A stretch of 18,814 nt of DNA, from contig JBBIUY010000046.1 in NCBI GenBank assembly GCA_037440005.1, forward strand, positions 1 through 18,814. The letters run 5' to 3'. Made by a program: the position numbers and the translations under genes. Source of the DNA: Armatimonadota bacterium (GTDB lineage: Bacteria; Sysuimicrobiota; Sysuimicrobiia; Sysuimicrobiales; Kaftiobacteriaceae). Below, one piece after another: positions 1-11,635 of this stretch; position 1 is the first letter of the stretch; every line of letters begins with the position of its first letter. The notes under the pieces were generated by a model. It ran no database searches and had not been told where the DNA came from. It was given only the letters and a program-made list of their open reading frames with translations.

Positions 1-944
1 TTCTGAAAGATGAAGTTGCCCAAACTGTAGAAGATCGGGCGCCCCCGGTACACCTCGATCCCGCGCAGCCGGTGTGGCCCGTGCCCGATCACCGCGTCGC
101 AGCCGGCCTCGATGCACCGCCGACAGAACTCACGGTGGAACGCCGGCACCGCATCGGGATCGCCGCCGGCCATCTCGTGCGCGTGGAACGACAGCAGCAC
201 GGCATCCGCCTGGCGGCGGGCGTCGCGCACGTGCCGCAGGATCTCGTCGACGTCCCGCTGGTTGACCTCCCAGGCCTCGCCGGCGCGGCGCCCCTCGCGG
301 AACTTCACCGGCCCGATGGAGAGCACGCCCTCGGGGTCCGGCGCCCGAAAGCCCAGGGCGACTTCGTAGCGGCGGACCTGGTCGACCTTGGTGCGCGCCA
401 CCAGGGCCCGCAGCTGCGCCATCGTCCGGGGTGGGACGACGGTGTACTCCTCGTACCGCAGACAGTTGGCGCCGGGGCGTCCGGGGCTGTCATGGCGTCG
501 CAGGCCAGCCCGGTAGCCCGCGCCCTGCGTGGCCGTCGCCACCGCCAGCAGCGCGACCTTGCCCGCCGGCAGGTCGAGGTACGCGGGCAGGCGCGCCTCA
601 GCGAGGTCACGGCCAGCGCCCGCGTGGCAGACGCCAGCGGCATCGCACACCCGGGTGGTCTCCAGCACCCCGTCCGGTCCCCAGTCGCCCGCGTGGTTGT
701 TGGCCCGGGCGAACAGGTTGAAGCCCATCGCCACCAGATCGTCCAGGCAGCCTGCGGGCGCTGTGAGATAGGTGCCGCTCCAGCCCGCCGCCGGCGCCCC
801 CACGCCGTTGGCAAACGAGACCTCCAGGTTGGCGAGGCGCGCATCGGCGGAACGCAGCACGGCCAGGAGGGCGTCGTACCCCGCCCCGGCCCAGCGCGTC
901 ACCCGCCGGGTGATCAGCGCGTCGCCCACCGCCGCGTACCGCAT
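1..944 (-). CDS. CapA/PGA_cap-family metallophosphoesterase (3' end outside the window)
   Basis: Missing from the ORF track because no stop falls in the window. Manual translation from ATG 944 (RBS GGAGGGAGG) gives MRYAAVGDALI...LANLE...ANNHAGDWG...HAGAG...SFHAHE...GHGPHRLRGIEVYRGRPIFYSLGNFIFQ, the typical CapA motif series. Confidence 0.9.
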   Translation of the reverse strand, partial: MRYAAVGDALITRRVTRWAGAGYDALLAVLRSADARLANLEVSFANGVGAPAAGWSGTYLTAPAGCLDDLVAMGFNLFARANNHAGDWGPDGVLETTRVCDAAGVCHAGAGRDLAEARLPAYLDLPAGKVALLAVATATQGAGYRAGLRRHDSPGRPGANCLRYEEYTVVPPRTMAQLRALVARTKVDQVRRYEVALGFRAPDPEGVLSIGPVKFREGRRAGEAWEVNQRDVDEILRHVRDARRQADAVLLSFHAHEMAGGDPDAVPAFHREFCRRCIEAGCDAVIGHGPHRLRGIEVYRGRPIFYSLGNFIFQ

Positions 945-1205
945 CGGGACCTCCCTCCGCCGTCCTCAGCCGCACCCGACGACTGCACTCACCACCACAG
1001 CCGGCGGACGACCAGGTCGCTCCCCACGCGCCGTCACGCCACGCACGCTGCGACGGTCTCCGGGGCGGCACGTCCGGTTCATCCCACACGAGATGCTCGA
1101 AGTCCCTGCTCCCCGGGCCGTCCGCACGGGCCCCCGGTCGGCCGCAGCGCGCGGACGCCGGCGGTGCTTGCGCGCGCTACCTGCACACTTGGCAGCGTAC
1201 CGGTC

Positions 1206-1246
1206 AGAAAGACGTCGAGGGGAGGCATGCGCCTCCCCCCGACGTT
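1206..1246 (-). terminator. Intrinsic terminator ending the 23S-5S unit
   Basis: Minus strand AACGTCGGGGGGAGGC-GCAT-GCCTCCCCTCGACGTC-TTTCT: a ~15-bp stem with one G-U pair, directly after the 5S 3' end. Confidence 0.8.
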
Positions 1247-1249
1247 GAC

Positions 1250-1367
1250 TCCCGGCAGCGACCTACTCTCCCGCGCCGTTGCCAGCGCAGTACCATCGGC
1301 CCTGGAGGGCTTAACGACCGTGTTCGGAATGGGAACGGGTGTGGCCCCTCCGGCATAGCCACCGGGA
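1250..1367 (-). rRNA. rrf: 5S ribosomal RNA
   Basis: Minus strand TCCCGGTGGCTATGCCGGAGGGGCCACACCCGTTCCCATTCCGAACACGG...GCCGATGGTACTG...GGGAGAGTAGGTCGCTGCCGGGA. Conserved 5S motifs, complementary ends, about 118 nt. Confidence 0.97.
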
Positions 1368-1527
1368 ATGCACGGCGACCCTCGTGGGCCGCCCACTGGC
1401 TGTGCACCGGTCTGAGAGTCGGACTACTGCACCCTCACAGGGTAGGCTCTCGATCGACGAGCCCCCAGACCGGCCACACATCCGCAAACCGGCGCGTTGC
1501 AGGCTCCGCACAGCTGCCCCTAGAGCA

Positions 1528-4606
<3,079 letters not shown>

Positions 4607-4607
4607 A

Positions 4608-4638
4608 CCCGCTTTAGGAGTAGCTGTCTAGAGCCTGC
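4608..4638 (-). other. 5' arm of the pre-23S processing stem (pairs with 1499-1529)
   Basis: GCAGGCTCTAGACAGCTACTCCTAAAGCGGG pairs with the downstream CCTGCTCTAGGGGCAGCTGTGCGGAGCCTGC at 27 of 31 positions counting G-U. An outer pairing 4731-4741/1487-1496 is also possible. Confidence 0.75.
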
Positions 4639-4738
4639 TCTGCCCCCTCGCGCCTGCACACCCAGGCACGACGGGCCCCATCCGGCGATGGGGAACGGTT
4701 CCAGACGCCTCGGGAACGTCCGAAACCCTGCGCGCTCG

Positions 4739-4772
4739 GTTGTCAAGGTGCCTGTCCGGGGAATCCGGACGG
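4739..4772 (-). promoter_or_regulatory. boxB-like hairpin followed by a boxA-like element of the 23S leader
   Basis: Hairpin GTCCGG-ATTCC-CCGGAC lies directly before GCACCTTGACAAC, which resembles rrn boxA (E. coli type TGCTCTTTAACA), about 130 nt upstream of the 23S. Confidence 0.6.
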
Positions 4773-4784
4773 CCTGCCAGGCAC

Positions 4785-4812
4785 AAAAAGAGGGGATGGG
4801 CAACCATCCCCT
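4785..4812 (-). terminator. Terminator-like hairpin inside the 23S leader (candidate attenuator)
   Basis: AGGGGATGG-TTGC-CCATCCCCT-CTTTTT: a perfect 9-bp stem plus U-tract, lying between the promoter and boxA. Confidence 0.65.
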
Positions 4813-4900
4813 TCGGTGCCCATCACGATCCACGTATTCGGTTAGCCGCTCGGCGTCCCGATGATCCGTGGTCCCTCCCGTACCTTGCAGACCATCCTTC

Positions 4901-4928
4901 ATTATAGGGCCGGCCGGGGAGTTGTCAA
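4901..4928 (-). promoter_or_regulatory. Consensus sigma70 promoter upstream of 23S-5S
   Basis: TTGACA (4928-4923), a 16-nt spacer and TATAAT (4906-4901). The 16-bp spacer is typical of rrn promoters. The -35 box contains the thioesterase TGA stop codon. Confidence 0.85.
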
Positions 4929-5410
4929 GGCGCGCTCCCCCCGGACTCGGACTCGTCGGACACGCGCACGGCCACCACCTCGCCGCGGGCGGTGACCTCG
5001 CCTCCGGCCATCACCCGGACGTCCACAACCACCTTGCGCCCGGACACCTCCCGGATGCGGCCGCGGACCTCCAGGGAGACTCCCAGCGGGGTCGGCCGCA
5101 AGAAGTCCACCCGCAGCGCGGCCGTCACGAAGCGGGGCGCCGGGCCCTGCCCGATCTCCCGGCCTTCGGCCCGCAGAGCGGCCGCCGCCGCCGACCCCGT
5201 CCCGTGGCAGTCCACCAGGGAGGCGATCACCCCGCCGTAGACCACGCCGGGCAGGGCGGTGTGATAGGGCTGCGGGGTGAACCGGGTGACCGTCTCCTCC
5301 CCGTCCCAGGTGGTGCGCAGGCGGTAGCCGTGGGGGTTGAGCCGGCCACACCCGTAGCAGTGGGCGAAGGCGTCCGGATAGTAGTCCTGCACCGCCCGGT
5401 CCATGGACAT
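4925..5410 (-). CDS. PaaI-like hotdog-fold thioesterase
   Basis: CYGCGRLNPHG...YGGVIASLVDCHG...FVTAALRVDFLRPTP. The RBS GGAGAGG suggests the real start may be ATG 5404. Confidence 0.85.
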   Translation of the reverse strand: MSMDRAVQDYYPDAFAHCYGCGRLNPHGYRLRTTWDGEETVTRFTPQPYHTALPGVVYGGVIASLVDCHGTGSAAAAALRAEGREIGQGPAPRFVTAALRVDFLRPTPLGVSLEVRGRIREVSGRKVVVDVRVMAGGEVTARGEVVAVRVSDESESGGSAP

Positions 5411-5419
5411 CCTCTCCGG

Positions 5420-5980
5420 TCAGGAGCCGGCGGCGGGCTGGAGGGGGTCCTTGAGCCGGCCGGCGAACTGCCGGCGGAAGGCGGCCACCTTGGGCGCGAT
5501 CACGGCCCGGCAGTAGGCCTGCTGGGGGTGGCGGCGGAAGTAGCCGCGGTGGTACTCCTCGGCCGGGTAGAAGGCGTCCAGGGGCACCACCTCGGTGACC
5601 AGGGGGTCGTCCCACAGCCCGGCGGCCTCCACCTCCGCCATCACTTCCCCCGCGGCCGCCTCCTGCTCGGGGGTGTGGGTGAAGATCACCGACCGGTACT
5701 GGGGTCCGACGTCCGGTCCCTGCCGGTTGGGCGTGGTGGGGTCGTGGACGGCGAAGAACACCCGCAGCAGGTCCCGGTAGGAGAGGATCTGCGGGTCGAA
5801 GGTCACCTGCACCGCCTCGGCGTGGCCGGTCTGCCCGGTGCATACCTGCTCGTAGGTGGGGTGGGGCACCCACCCGCCCGCGTAACCCGGCACGACCTCG
5901 ATGACCCCCTCCAGCTGCTCGAACACCGCTTCCAGGCACCAGAAGCACCCGCCGGCCAGGGTGGCGACTTCCTGCGACAT
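5420..5980 (-). CDS. msrA: Peptide-methionine (S)-S-oxide reductase MsrA
   Basis: MSQEVATLAGGCFWCLE...GYAGG...TGHAEAV...HDPTTPNRQGPDVGPQYRS...AEEYH. It has its own RBS AAGGAGG 6 nt before ATG 5980. Confidence 0.95.
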   Translation of the reverse strand: MSQEVATLAGGCFWCLEAVFEQLEGVIEVVPGYAGGWVPHPTYEQVCTGQTGHAEAVQVTFDPQILSYRDLLRVFFAVHDPTTPNRQGPDVGPQYRSVIFTHTPEQEAAAGEVMAEVEAAGLWDDPLVTEVVPLDAFYPAEEYHRGYFRRHPQQAYCRAVIAPKVAAFRRQFAGRLKDPLQPAAGS

Positions 5981-6050
5981 CGTCATCCTCCTTGCGGACC
6001 ACTGTACCCGACGCCGCCGGACGGCGCCAGGGGGGCAGACCGCCCGGAGC

Positions 6051-8123
6051 TCAGCCCGGGGGGATCGCTCCGCGCTCGACCTCCCGCAGGAACACCTCCA
6101 CCACGGCGGGGTCGAACTGGGCGCCGGCGTTCTGGCGGATGTAGGCCAGGGCGTCCTCCCGGCTCTACGCCCGCCGGTAGGGGCGGTCGGAGGTGAGCGC
6201 GTCGAAGACGTCCACCACCGCGAAGATCCGGGCCGGCAGGGGATCTGCTCTCCCCGCAACCCCCGGGGATAGCCCCGGCCGTCCCACCGCTCGTGGTGGC
6301 AGTAGGGGATGTCCAGGGCGGGGCGCAGGAACGCGATGGGCTGCAGCATCTCGTAGGCCAGGCGGGGATGCTGCTTCATGATCGCCCACTCCTCGTCGGT
6401 CAGCGGCCCTGGCTTGAGCAGGATGGCATCGGGCACGCCGATCTTGCCCACGTCGTGCAGCAGCGCCCCGCGGCGGACGTGCACCAGGTCTTCTTCGGAC
6501 ACCCCCAGCAGCCGGGCCAAGTGCACGGTCATCTCGGTGACCCGCCGGGTGTGGTCCTGGGTCTCGCGGTCCCGCACGTCCAGCGCCCGGACCAGCCCCT
6601 CGATGGTGGCGTCGTAGGCCGCCGCCAGTTCCAGGTGGGACCGCTGGAGGGCGTCGAACAGCCGGGCGTTGTCCACCGCGATGGCGGCCTGCTGGGCCAG
6701 CGCCTCCAGCAGACCCACCCACTCCCGGTCGGGCCGAAACGGCCGCCGGTGAAACCCTTCCAGCACCCCGACCACCTGGCCCTTGGCCACCAGGGGCACG
6801 GCGACGTGGGTGAGGAATCCTTCGGGCTCCAGCAGCGCCTGGCGGGTGAAGTCGGGGGCCTCCCGTGGGTCTGCCACCACCACCGTCCGGCGCTCCAGAG
6901 CCGCCTGCCCCGCGACCCCCTCGCCCATCCGCAGCCGGCCGCCGGAGTAGACCTGGGCGTGAAAGCCCCGGCTGGCGGCGTGCTCCAGCACCTGCAGGTG
7001 CGGGTGGGCCAGGAGCACGCCGGCGGCGTCCAGCCCCAGCTGGGCGATGACCTGGTCCAGCAGGATGCCCAGGGTCAGGCGCAGGTCCAGGCTGGAAGTG
7101 ATGGCCCGGTCCACGGTCTGCAGGGCCTGCAGGTGCTGCAGGCGCCGGACCGTCTCCTGGTGCAGGCGCAGCCGGTGCAGGGCGGTGCCGGCCGACAAGC
7201 CGCCCCCGGGAAGGATCGAAGACGACGAGGGCGGTCGGGACGGTGTCGGCCAGCTGGCGGAACCACGCCTCCCGCTCGGCCAGGGCGTCTGCCAGCCGCC
7301 GGGCGACGGTGATGTCCTGGGCGGCGCCGTAGATGCGCACCACCTGCCCTGTGGCGTCGCGCACGGGGACCGCGTGGTCCCGGATCCAGCGCACCTCGCC
7401 GGAGCGGGTGACAAAACGCAGCTCGCACACGTCCGCCTGCCCGCCGGCCACCGTTCGGGCGTGCTGGAGGGCCCGGGGCAGGTCGTCGGGGTGGACCACC
7501 GAGGTCCAGCCCCCGCGAGCCTCCAGGTCCTCCCGGGTGAACCCGAAGACCCTGACAAATGAATCGGTCACCCACTCCCCCCGCAGAGTCCCGTCGGGCC
7601 GCACCCGGAAGGCGTACGCGTAGTCGGAGATAAGCTCCGAGATGGCCGTGTGGCGCTCGCGGGCCTCCCGCTGGGCGGTGACGTCCTCGGCGGCGAGCAG
7701 GATCCGGTCCGCCGCCTCCCCGGGCCGCTTCAGGGGCTGCGCGCTGACCAGGAGGGTCCGCCGGCCCAGGCCGGGGACGTCGTGGGTCAGCTCGACGTCC
7801 TCGACCGGCCGGCCTTCGGCGAGGGCGCGCTCCAGCAGGCGACGTATGGCGGGGGCGCCCCACTCGCCGCCCAGCGCGTCCAGCGGGCGCCCCTCGGCCT
7901 GCTCGGCCGTCACCCCAAACGCCCGGCAGAACGCGGGGTTGGCGACGACCACCCGCAAGCCGCCGTCCAGGACAACCAGCGGGTGGCGGACGGCCGTCAC
8001 GATGGCCCGGGCCAGGGCGTCCACCTGACGGTCGGCATCCTCCACAGGCCTCACCGCCGACATCCGCCGGGAGGAAGGAAAGTACGGGGACGGACGGCCG
8101 GCCGGGGCGTCCGCCTCATCCAC
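6051..8123 (-). pseudogene. Disrupted PAS-PAS-GAF-HD-GYP (c-di-GMP phosphodiesterase-type) gene
   Basis: Two PAS domains lie in ORF 6165..8123. The frame changes near 7200 into GAF plus HD-GYP (LLHDVGK...HHERWDGRGYP). A C is missing at 6239-6242, and an in-frame TAG at 6165-6167 falls in RPYRRA*SREDALAYIRQNAGAQFDPAVV. The original stop is TGA at 6051. The start is 8123 or 8063. Confidence 0.85.
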
Positions 8124-8187
8124 ACCGGTTACCCCGAACCGTCCGGCCCCCCGGTGCGAGAGCAGGTTCCGTGCCGCGGGTTTAGGA

Positions 8188-8226
8188 ATGCTATTTCATG
8201 CTATCACCGCAGGGGAAGCCGTACAA
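8188..8226 (-). promoter_or_regulatory. Candidate sigma70 promoter for the HD-GYP/msrA/thioesterase block, with a tandem repeat
   Basis: TTGTAC-17 nt-TAGCAT with a TGn extension. ATAGCAT occurs twice with a 10-bp period in an AT-rich patch. Confidence 0.5.
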
Positions 8227-8245
8227 GGGAGGGGGCACTCGACTG

Positions 8246-8389
8246 CGGACTCCTCGGACACACGCACGGCCACCACCTCGCCGCGGACGGTGACCGTGTG
8301 CTGGCCATCACCCGGACGTCCACCGCCACATTGAAGTCGTCCTGCACCGCCCGGTCGTCCACGGCCGAGATGGGTCTCTGTGCGTGCAT
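8246..8389 (-). pseudogene. Internally deleted remnant of the 4925-5410 thioesterase
   Basis: 8246-8333 closely matches 4948-5036 (VDVRVMA...RGEVVAVRVS, with a 1-nt frameshift). 8336-8356 matches 5381-5401 (DRAVQD). The ~340-bp middle is missing. Confidence 0.8.
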
Positions 8390-8491
8390 CCGGCGTTCGC
8401 CCTTCGGGCCACGGTCCGCCCGGCCCGGGCGGCAGGGAGGGTACCCCCGGCCGTCAAACGCTGTCCTCGGCATTCCCCATCGGGTTCACCC

Positions 8492-9307
8492 ATGAGGGAC
8501 CGGGGCGCAGACCGCTCCCAGGAGGATCTCGCGGCCCTGTCGCCGGCGGCCCTGCGGGCGGTGATCCGCAGCGGCCGCTGGCGGGGGCCGACCGCCGGAC
8601 TGGCGCCCGGCTACGCCCAGGCCAACCTCGTCATCGTCCCGCGGGCTCTGGCCTACGACTTCCTGCTGTTCTGCCAGCGCAATCCCAAGCCCTGTCCCCT
8701 GCTGGAGGTCACGGAGCCAGGCTCTCCCCATCCCGCCTGCGCCCGCGGCGCGGACCTGCGCACCGACGTGCCGGGATACCGGGTCTACCGGAACGGCGAG
8801 CTGGCGGCCGAGGTGGACGCCCTCACCCACATCTGGCGCGACGACCTGGTGGCCTTCCTGCTGGGGTGCAGCTTCACCTTCGAAGCGGCGCTGCAGCGGG
8901 CGGGCCTGCCGGTCCGGCACGTCGAGGAAGGGCGCACCGTGCCCATGTACGTCACCCGCATTCCCTGCCGGCCGGCGGGCGCGTTTTCGGGTCCCCTGGT
9001 GGTGAGCATGCGACCCATCCCGTCCCGGGACGTCGCCCGAGCGGTGCAGATCACCAACCGCTACCCGCTGGCCCACGGCGGCCCGGTACACATCGGGGAC
9101 CCCGGGGCCATCGGCATTGCGTCCCTGGACCGTCCTGACTTCGGAGAGCCGGTGACCGTGCGGCCGGAAGAGGTCCCGGTCTTTTGGGCCTGCGGGGTCA
9201 CCCCTCAGGCGGTCGTTCGCCACGCGAGGCCCGACCTGATGATCACCCACAGGCCCGGGCACATGTTCGTCACGGACATGCAGGACGAAGACCTGGCCGC
9301 CTGGTAA
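8492..9307 (+). CDS. DUF1445/UPF0317 putative hydro-lyase (YcsI/D-glutamate cyclase-like)
   Basis: [15 protein letters not shown]...[17 protein letters not shown]...DLRTDVPGY...LLGCSFTFE...[12 protein letters not shown]...[12 protein letters not shown]. The start codon is uncertain because there is no clear RBS. Confidence 0.88.
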   Translation: MRDRGADRSQEDLAALSPAALRAVIRSGRWRGPTAGLAPGYAQANLVIVPRALAYDFLLFCQRNPKPCPLLEVTEPGSPHPACARGADLRTDVPGYRVYRNGELAAEVDALTHIWRDDLVAFLLGCSFTFEAALQRAGLPVRHVEEGRTVPMYVTRIPCRPAGAFSGPLVVSMRPIPSRDVARAVQITNRYPLAHGGPVHIGDPGAIGIASLDRPDFGEPVTVRPEEVPVFWACGVTPQAVVRHARPDLMITHRPGHMFVTDMQDEDLAAW

Positions 9308-9331
9308 CGCGACAGGAGGAGGTGGGTAACC

Positions 9332-10645
9332 GTGAGACAGCGGCCGGTGGACACGAGCAACCGTGCACCCGCCGTCAGGCGGAGACCGGCAGTCCGGGGG
9401 GCGGGCGCGGCGGCCCTGGCCGTGCTGCTGGCCGTGGCCGCCGCCGCGCCGGGGCCGGCGCAGGAGCCGGTCACCATCGGGGTCCTGTACCCGCTGACGG
9501 GCGCCCTGGCCCGCATCGGAGCCGACATCAAGAACGCGGTGGAGCTGGCCGCGGACATCGTCAACAGCTCCTACCCCGACCTGGACCTGCCCCTGGCCCG
9601 CACCGAGGGCCTGCCGCGGCTGCGGGGCGCCAAACTGCGCCTGGTCTGGGCGGACACCAAGGGCGACCCCGCCACCGGCCGCGCCGAGGCCGAGCGGCTG
9701 ATCGAACGGGAGCGGGTGGTCGCGCTGCTGGGGTCGTACCAGAGCGCCGTGACGGCCACCGCCAGCCTCGCGGCGGAAGCCCGGGGGGTCCCCTTCCTCA
9801 ACCCCGAGTCCTCGTCCCCACGGCTCACCGAACGCGGGTTCAAGTGGTTCTTCCGCACCGGCCCCCACGACATCACGTTCACCAAGCTGTTCTTTGACAT
9901 GATGGAGGACCTGAAGAAGCGGGGCCACGCCATCTCCCGGATCGCCATCCTGTCCGAGGACACCGAATTCGGCGCCACCGCCACCGGCGTGGAGGAGGCG
10001 TTCGCCCGCCGCTACGGCTACCAGGTGGTGGCCCGCGAGTTCTACACCTCGCCGCCGGCCAGCCTGGACGCCGAACTGCTGCGCATCCGGCGGGCCAATC
10101 CCGACGTGGTCTTCGGCCAGAACTACCTGGTGGACGCCATCCTCATCACCCGCACCCTCAAGGAGATGCGGTGGTTCCCCGCGGGGTTCATCGTCCACGA
10201 TGCGGGGTGGGTCGTCCCCGACTTCCTGCGCACCGTGGGGCGGGACGGCTACTACGTGATCACCCGCGTCTCCTGGGCGCTGGGGATGGGCCGCCGCAAG
10301 CCGCTGGTGGCCCGGGTGAACGAGCTGTACCATCAACGGTACGGCACCGACATGGACGAGACCAACGCCCGCAGTTTTACCGGCCTGCTGGCGCTGGCGG
10401 CCGCCATCAACGAGGCCGGGTCCGCGCGGCCGGAGGCCATCCGCCAGGCGCTGGCGGCCCTGAAGATCCCCGGCCGGCAGCTCATCATGCCCTGGGAGGG
10501 CATCGAGTTCGACGCCAAGGGCCAGAACCGGCACGCGGCGGGGGTGATGGCCCAGATCCTGGACGGCGCGTACAAAGTCGTGTGGCCGTTTGACCTGGCG
10601 GAGACGGACATCGTCTGGCCGGCGCCGCCCTGGGACCGGCGCTAG
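9332..10645 (+). CDS. Branched-chain amino acid-type (LivK-like) ABC substrate-binding protein
   Basis: RBS AGGAGGAGG. Basic/hydrophobic signal peptide, then IGVLYPLTG...DTKGDP...LLGSYQSAVT...FKWFFRTGP. Confidence 0.9.
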   Translation: MRQRPVDTSNRAPAVRRRPAVRGAGAAALAVLLAVAAAAPGPAQEPVTIGVLYPLTGALARIGADIKNAVELAADIVNSSYPDLDLPLARTEGLPRLRGAKLRLVWADTKGDPATGRAEAERLIERERVVALLGSYQSAVTATASLAAEARGVPFLNPESSSPRLTERGFKWFFRTGPHDITFTKLFFDMMEDLKKRGHAISRIAILSEDTEFGATATGVEEAFARRYGYQVVAREFYTSPPASLDAELLRIRRANPDVVFGQNYLVDAILITRTLKEMRWFPAGFIVHDAGWVVPDFLRTVGRDGYYVITRVSWALGMGRRKPLVARVNELYHQRYGTDMDETNARSFTGLLALAAAINEAGSARPEAIRQALAALKIPGRQLIMPWEGIEFDAKGQNRHAAGVMAQILDGAYKVVWPFDLAETDIVWPAPPWDRR

Positions 10646-10774
10646 CGCCTCCGTCCGTGGCCGGCCCCGGGTCCGGCTTCCCAGGCCCTTGTGTGCCGCG
10701 ACGCGGGGGACGCGCCGTCTGAGTTGCGGTCCGACCCCCAGCCGGCGGCCCATCCTCCACACCGAGGCGGCCCC

Positions 10775-11635
10775 GTGGACCTGTTCGTTCAAGCTGTCCT
10801 CAACGGCGTACTCCTGGGGCTGGTGTACGGCCTGGTGGCCCTGGGCCTGTCTTTGATCTGGGGCGTGACGGACATCGTCAACCTGGCCCACGCCGAGTAC
10901 CTGATGTGGGCTCTGTACGCCACCTACTGGCTGTGGGCTCTGGGCCGGCTCGACCCCGTCTACGCCGTCCCCCTGGTGGTCCCGGCGAGCGCCCTGCTGG
11001 GGTACCTCACCTACCGCCTCCTGATCCGCCGGGTGCTCGCCGCGCCCATGGTGTCCCAGATCTTCGCCACCTTCGGGCTGCTGTTCTTCCTGCGCTACGC
11101 GGCGTTTGCCGGCTTCGGTCCGGACGTCCACGGGGTGTGGGGATCACGGCTGGAGGGCAGCCTGGCCTTAGGCGATCTGTACCTCAGCCGTCCGCGGGTG
11201 GCGGCGGCGGTGGTGTCGCTTCTGGCCTACGGAGGGCTGTGGCTGTTCCTGCACCGAACGAAGCCCGGTAAGGCCCTGCAGGCCACGGCCCAGGACCGCA
11301 TGGTGGCCCAGACGCTGGGGATCGATCCCGACCGGATGTTCGCCCTCAGCTGGAGCCTGGGGGTGGGCACGGTGGGCCTCGCGGCTGTGTTCCTGTCCCC
11401 CTTCTACCAGGTGTCCCCGACCATCGGGGACACCTTCCTCCTGCTGGCGTTCGCCAGCGTGGTCCTGGGCGGGTTCGACTCGGTCAGCGGGGCTCTGGTC
11501 GGGGGCGTGGGGATCGGCCTGGTGGAGAACGTGCTGGGAGCCCTCATCGCTCCCACCTTCAAGCTCCTGTTCGTCTTCATCGTCTTCCTCCTGGTCCTGG
11601 TGGTGCGTCCCACGGGACTGCTGGGCGAGAGATGA
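10775..11635 (+). CDS. LivH-like ABC permease
   Basis: GTG 10775: DLFVQAVLNGVLLGLVYGLVALGLSLIWGVTDIVNLAHAE...VLGGFDSVSGAL...RPTGLLG. Confidence 0.9.
   Translation: MDLFVQAVLNGVLLGLVYGLVALGLSLIWGVTDIVNLAHAEYLMWALYATYWLWALGRLDPVYAVPLVVPASALLGYLTYRLLIRRVLAAPMVSQIFATFGLLFFLRYAAFAGFGPDVHGVWGSRLEGSLALGDLYLSRPRVAAAVVSLLAYGGLWLFLHRTKPGKALQATAQDRMVAQTLGIDPDRMFALSWSLGVGTVGLAAVFLSPFYQVSPTIGDTFLLLAFASVVLGGFDSVSGALVGGVGIGLVENVLGALIAPTFKLLFVFIVFLLVLVVRPTGLLGER

Noticed and set aside
72..1358. 428-aa plus-strand ORF and other long antisense ORFs (8486-11131, 11404-12945, 14248-15825, 16812-18518)
   Set aside because: They are antisense shadows of well-supported genes and carry no recognisable motifs.
4741..4746. 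Second TTGACA as another promoter -35
   Set aside because: There is no -10 box at the right spacing. It fits better as part of the boxA-like element.
4825..4836. ACGATCCACGTA on the plus strand, recalling a raiA-motif RNA segment; loose c-di-AMP and glycine riboswitch resemblances on the minus strand
   Set aside because: Only short fragments match from memory and the other conserved elements are absent. An Rfam scan would settle it.
6165..6167. In-frame TAG as pyrrolysine or programmed read-through
   Set aside because: The position normally encodes Trp (TGG to TAG is one change), and the gene carries two other lesions.
5420..7558. Apparent GAF-HD-GYP-MsrA fusion protein (712 aa)
   Set aside because: It results from the 1-nt deletion near 6240. 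The linker is out-of-frame sequence, the true HD-GYP tail is in another frame, and msrA has its own RBS.
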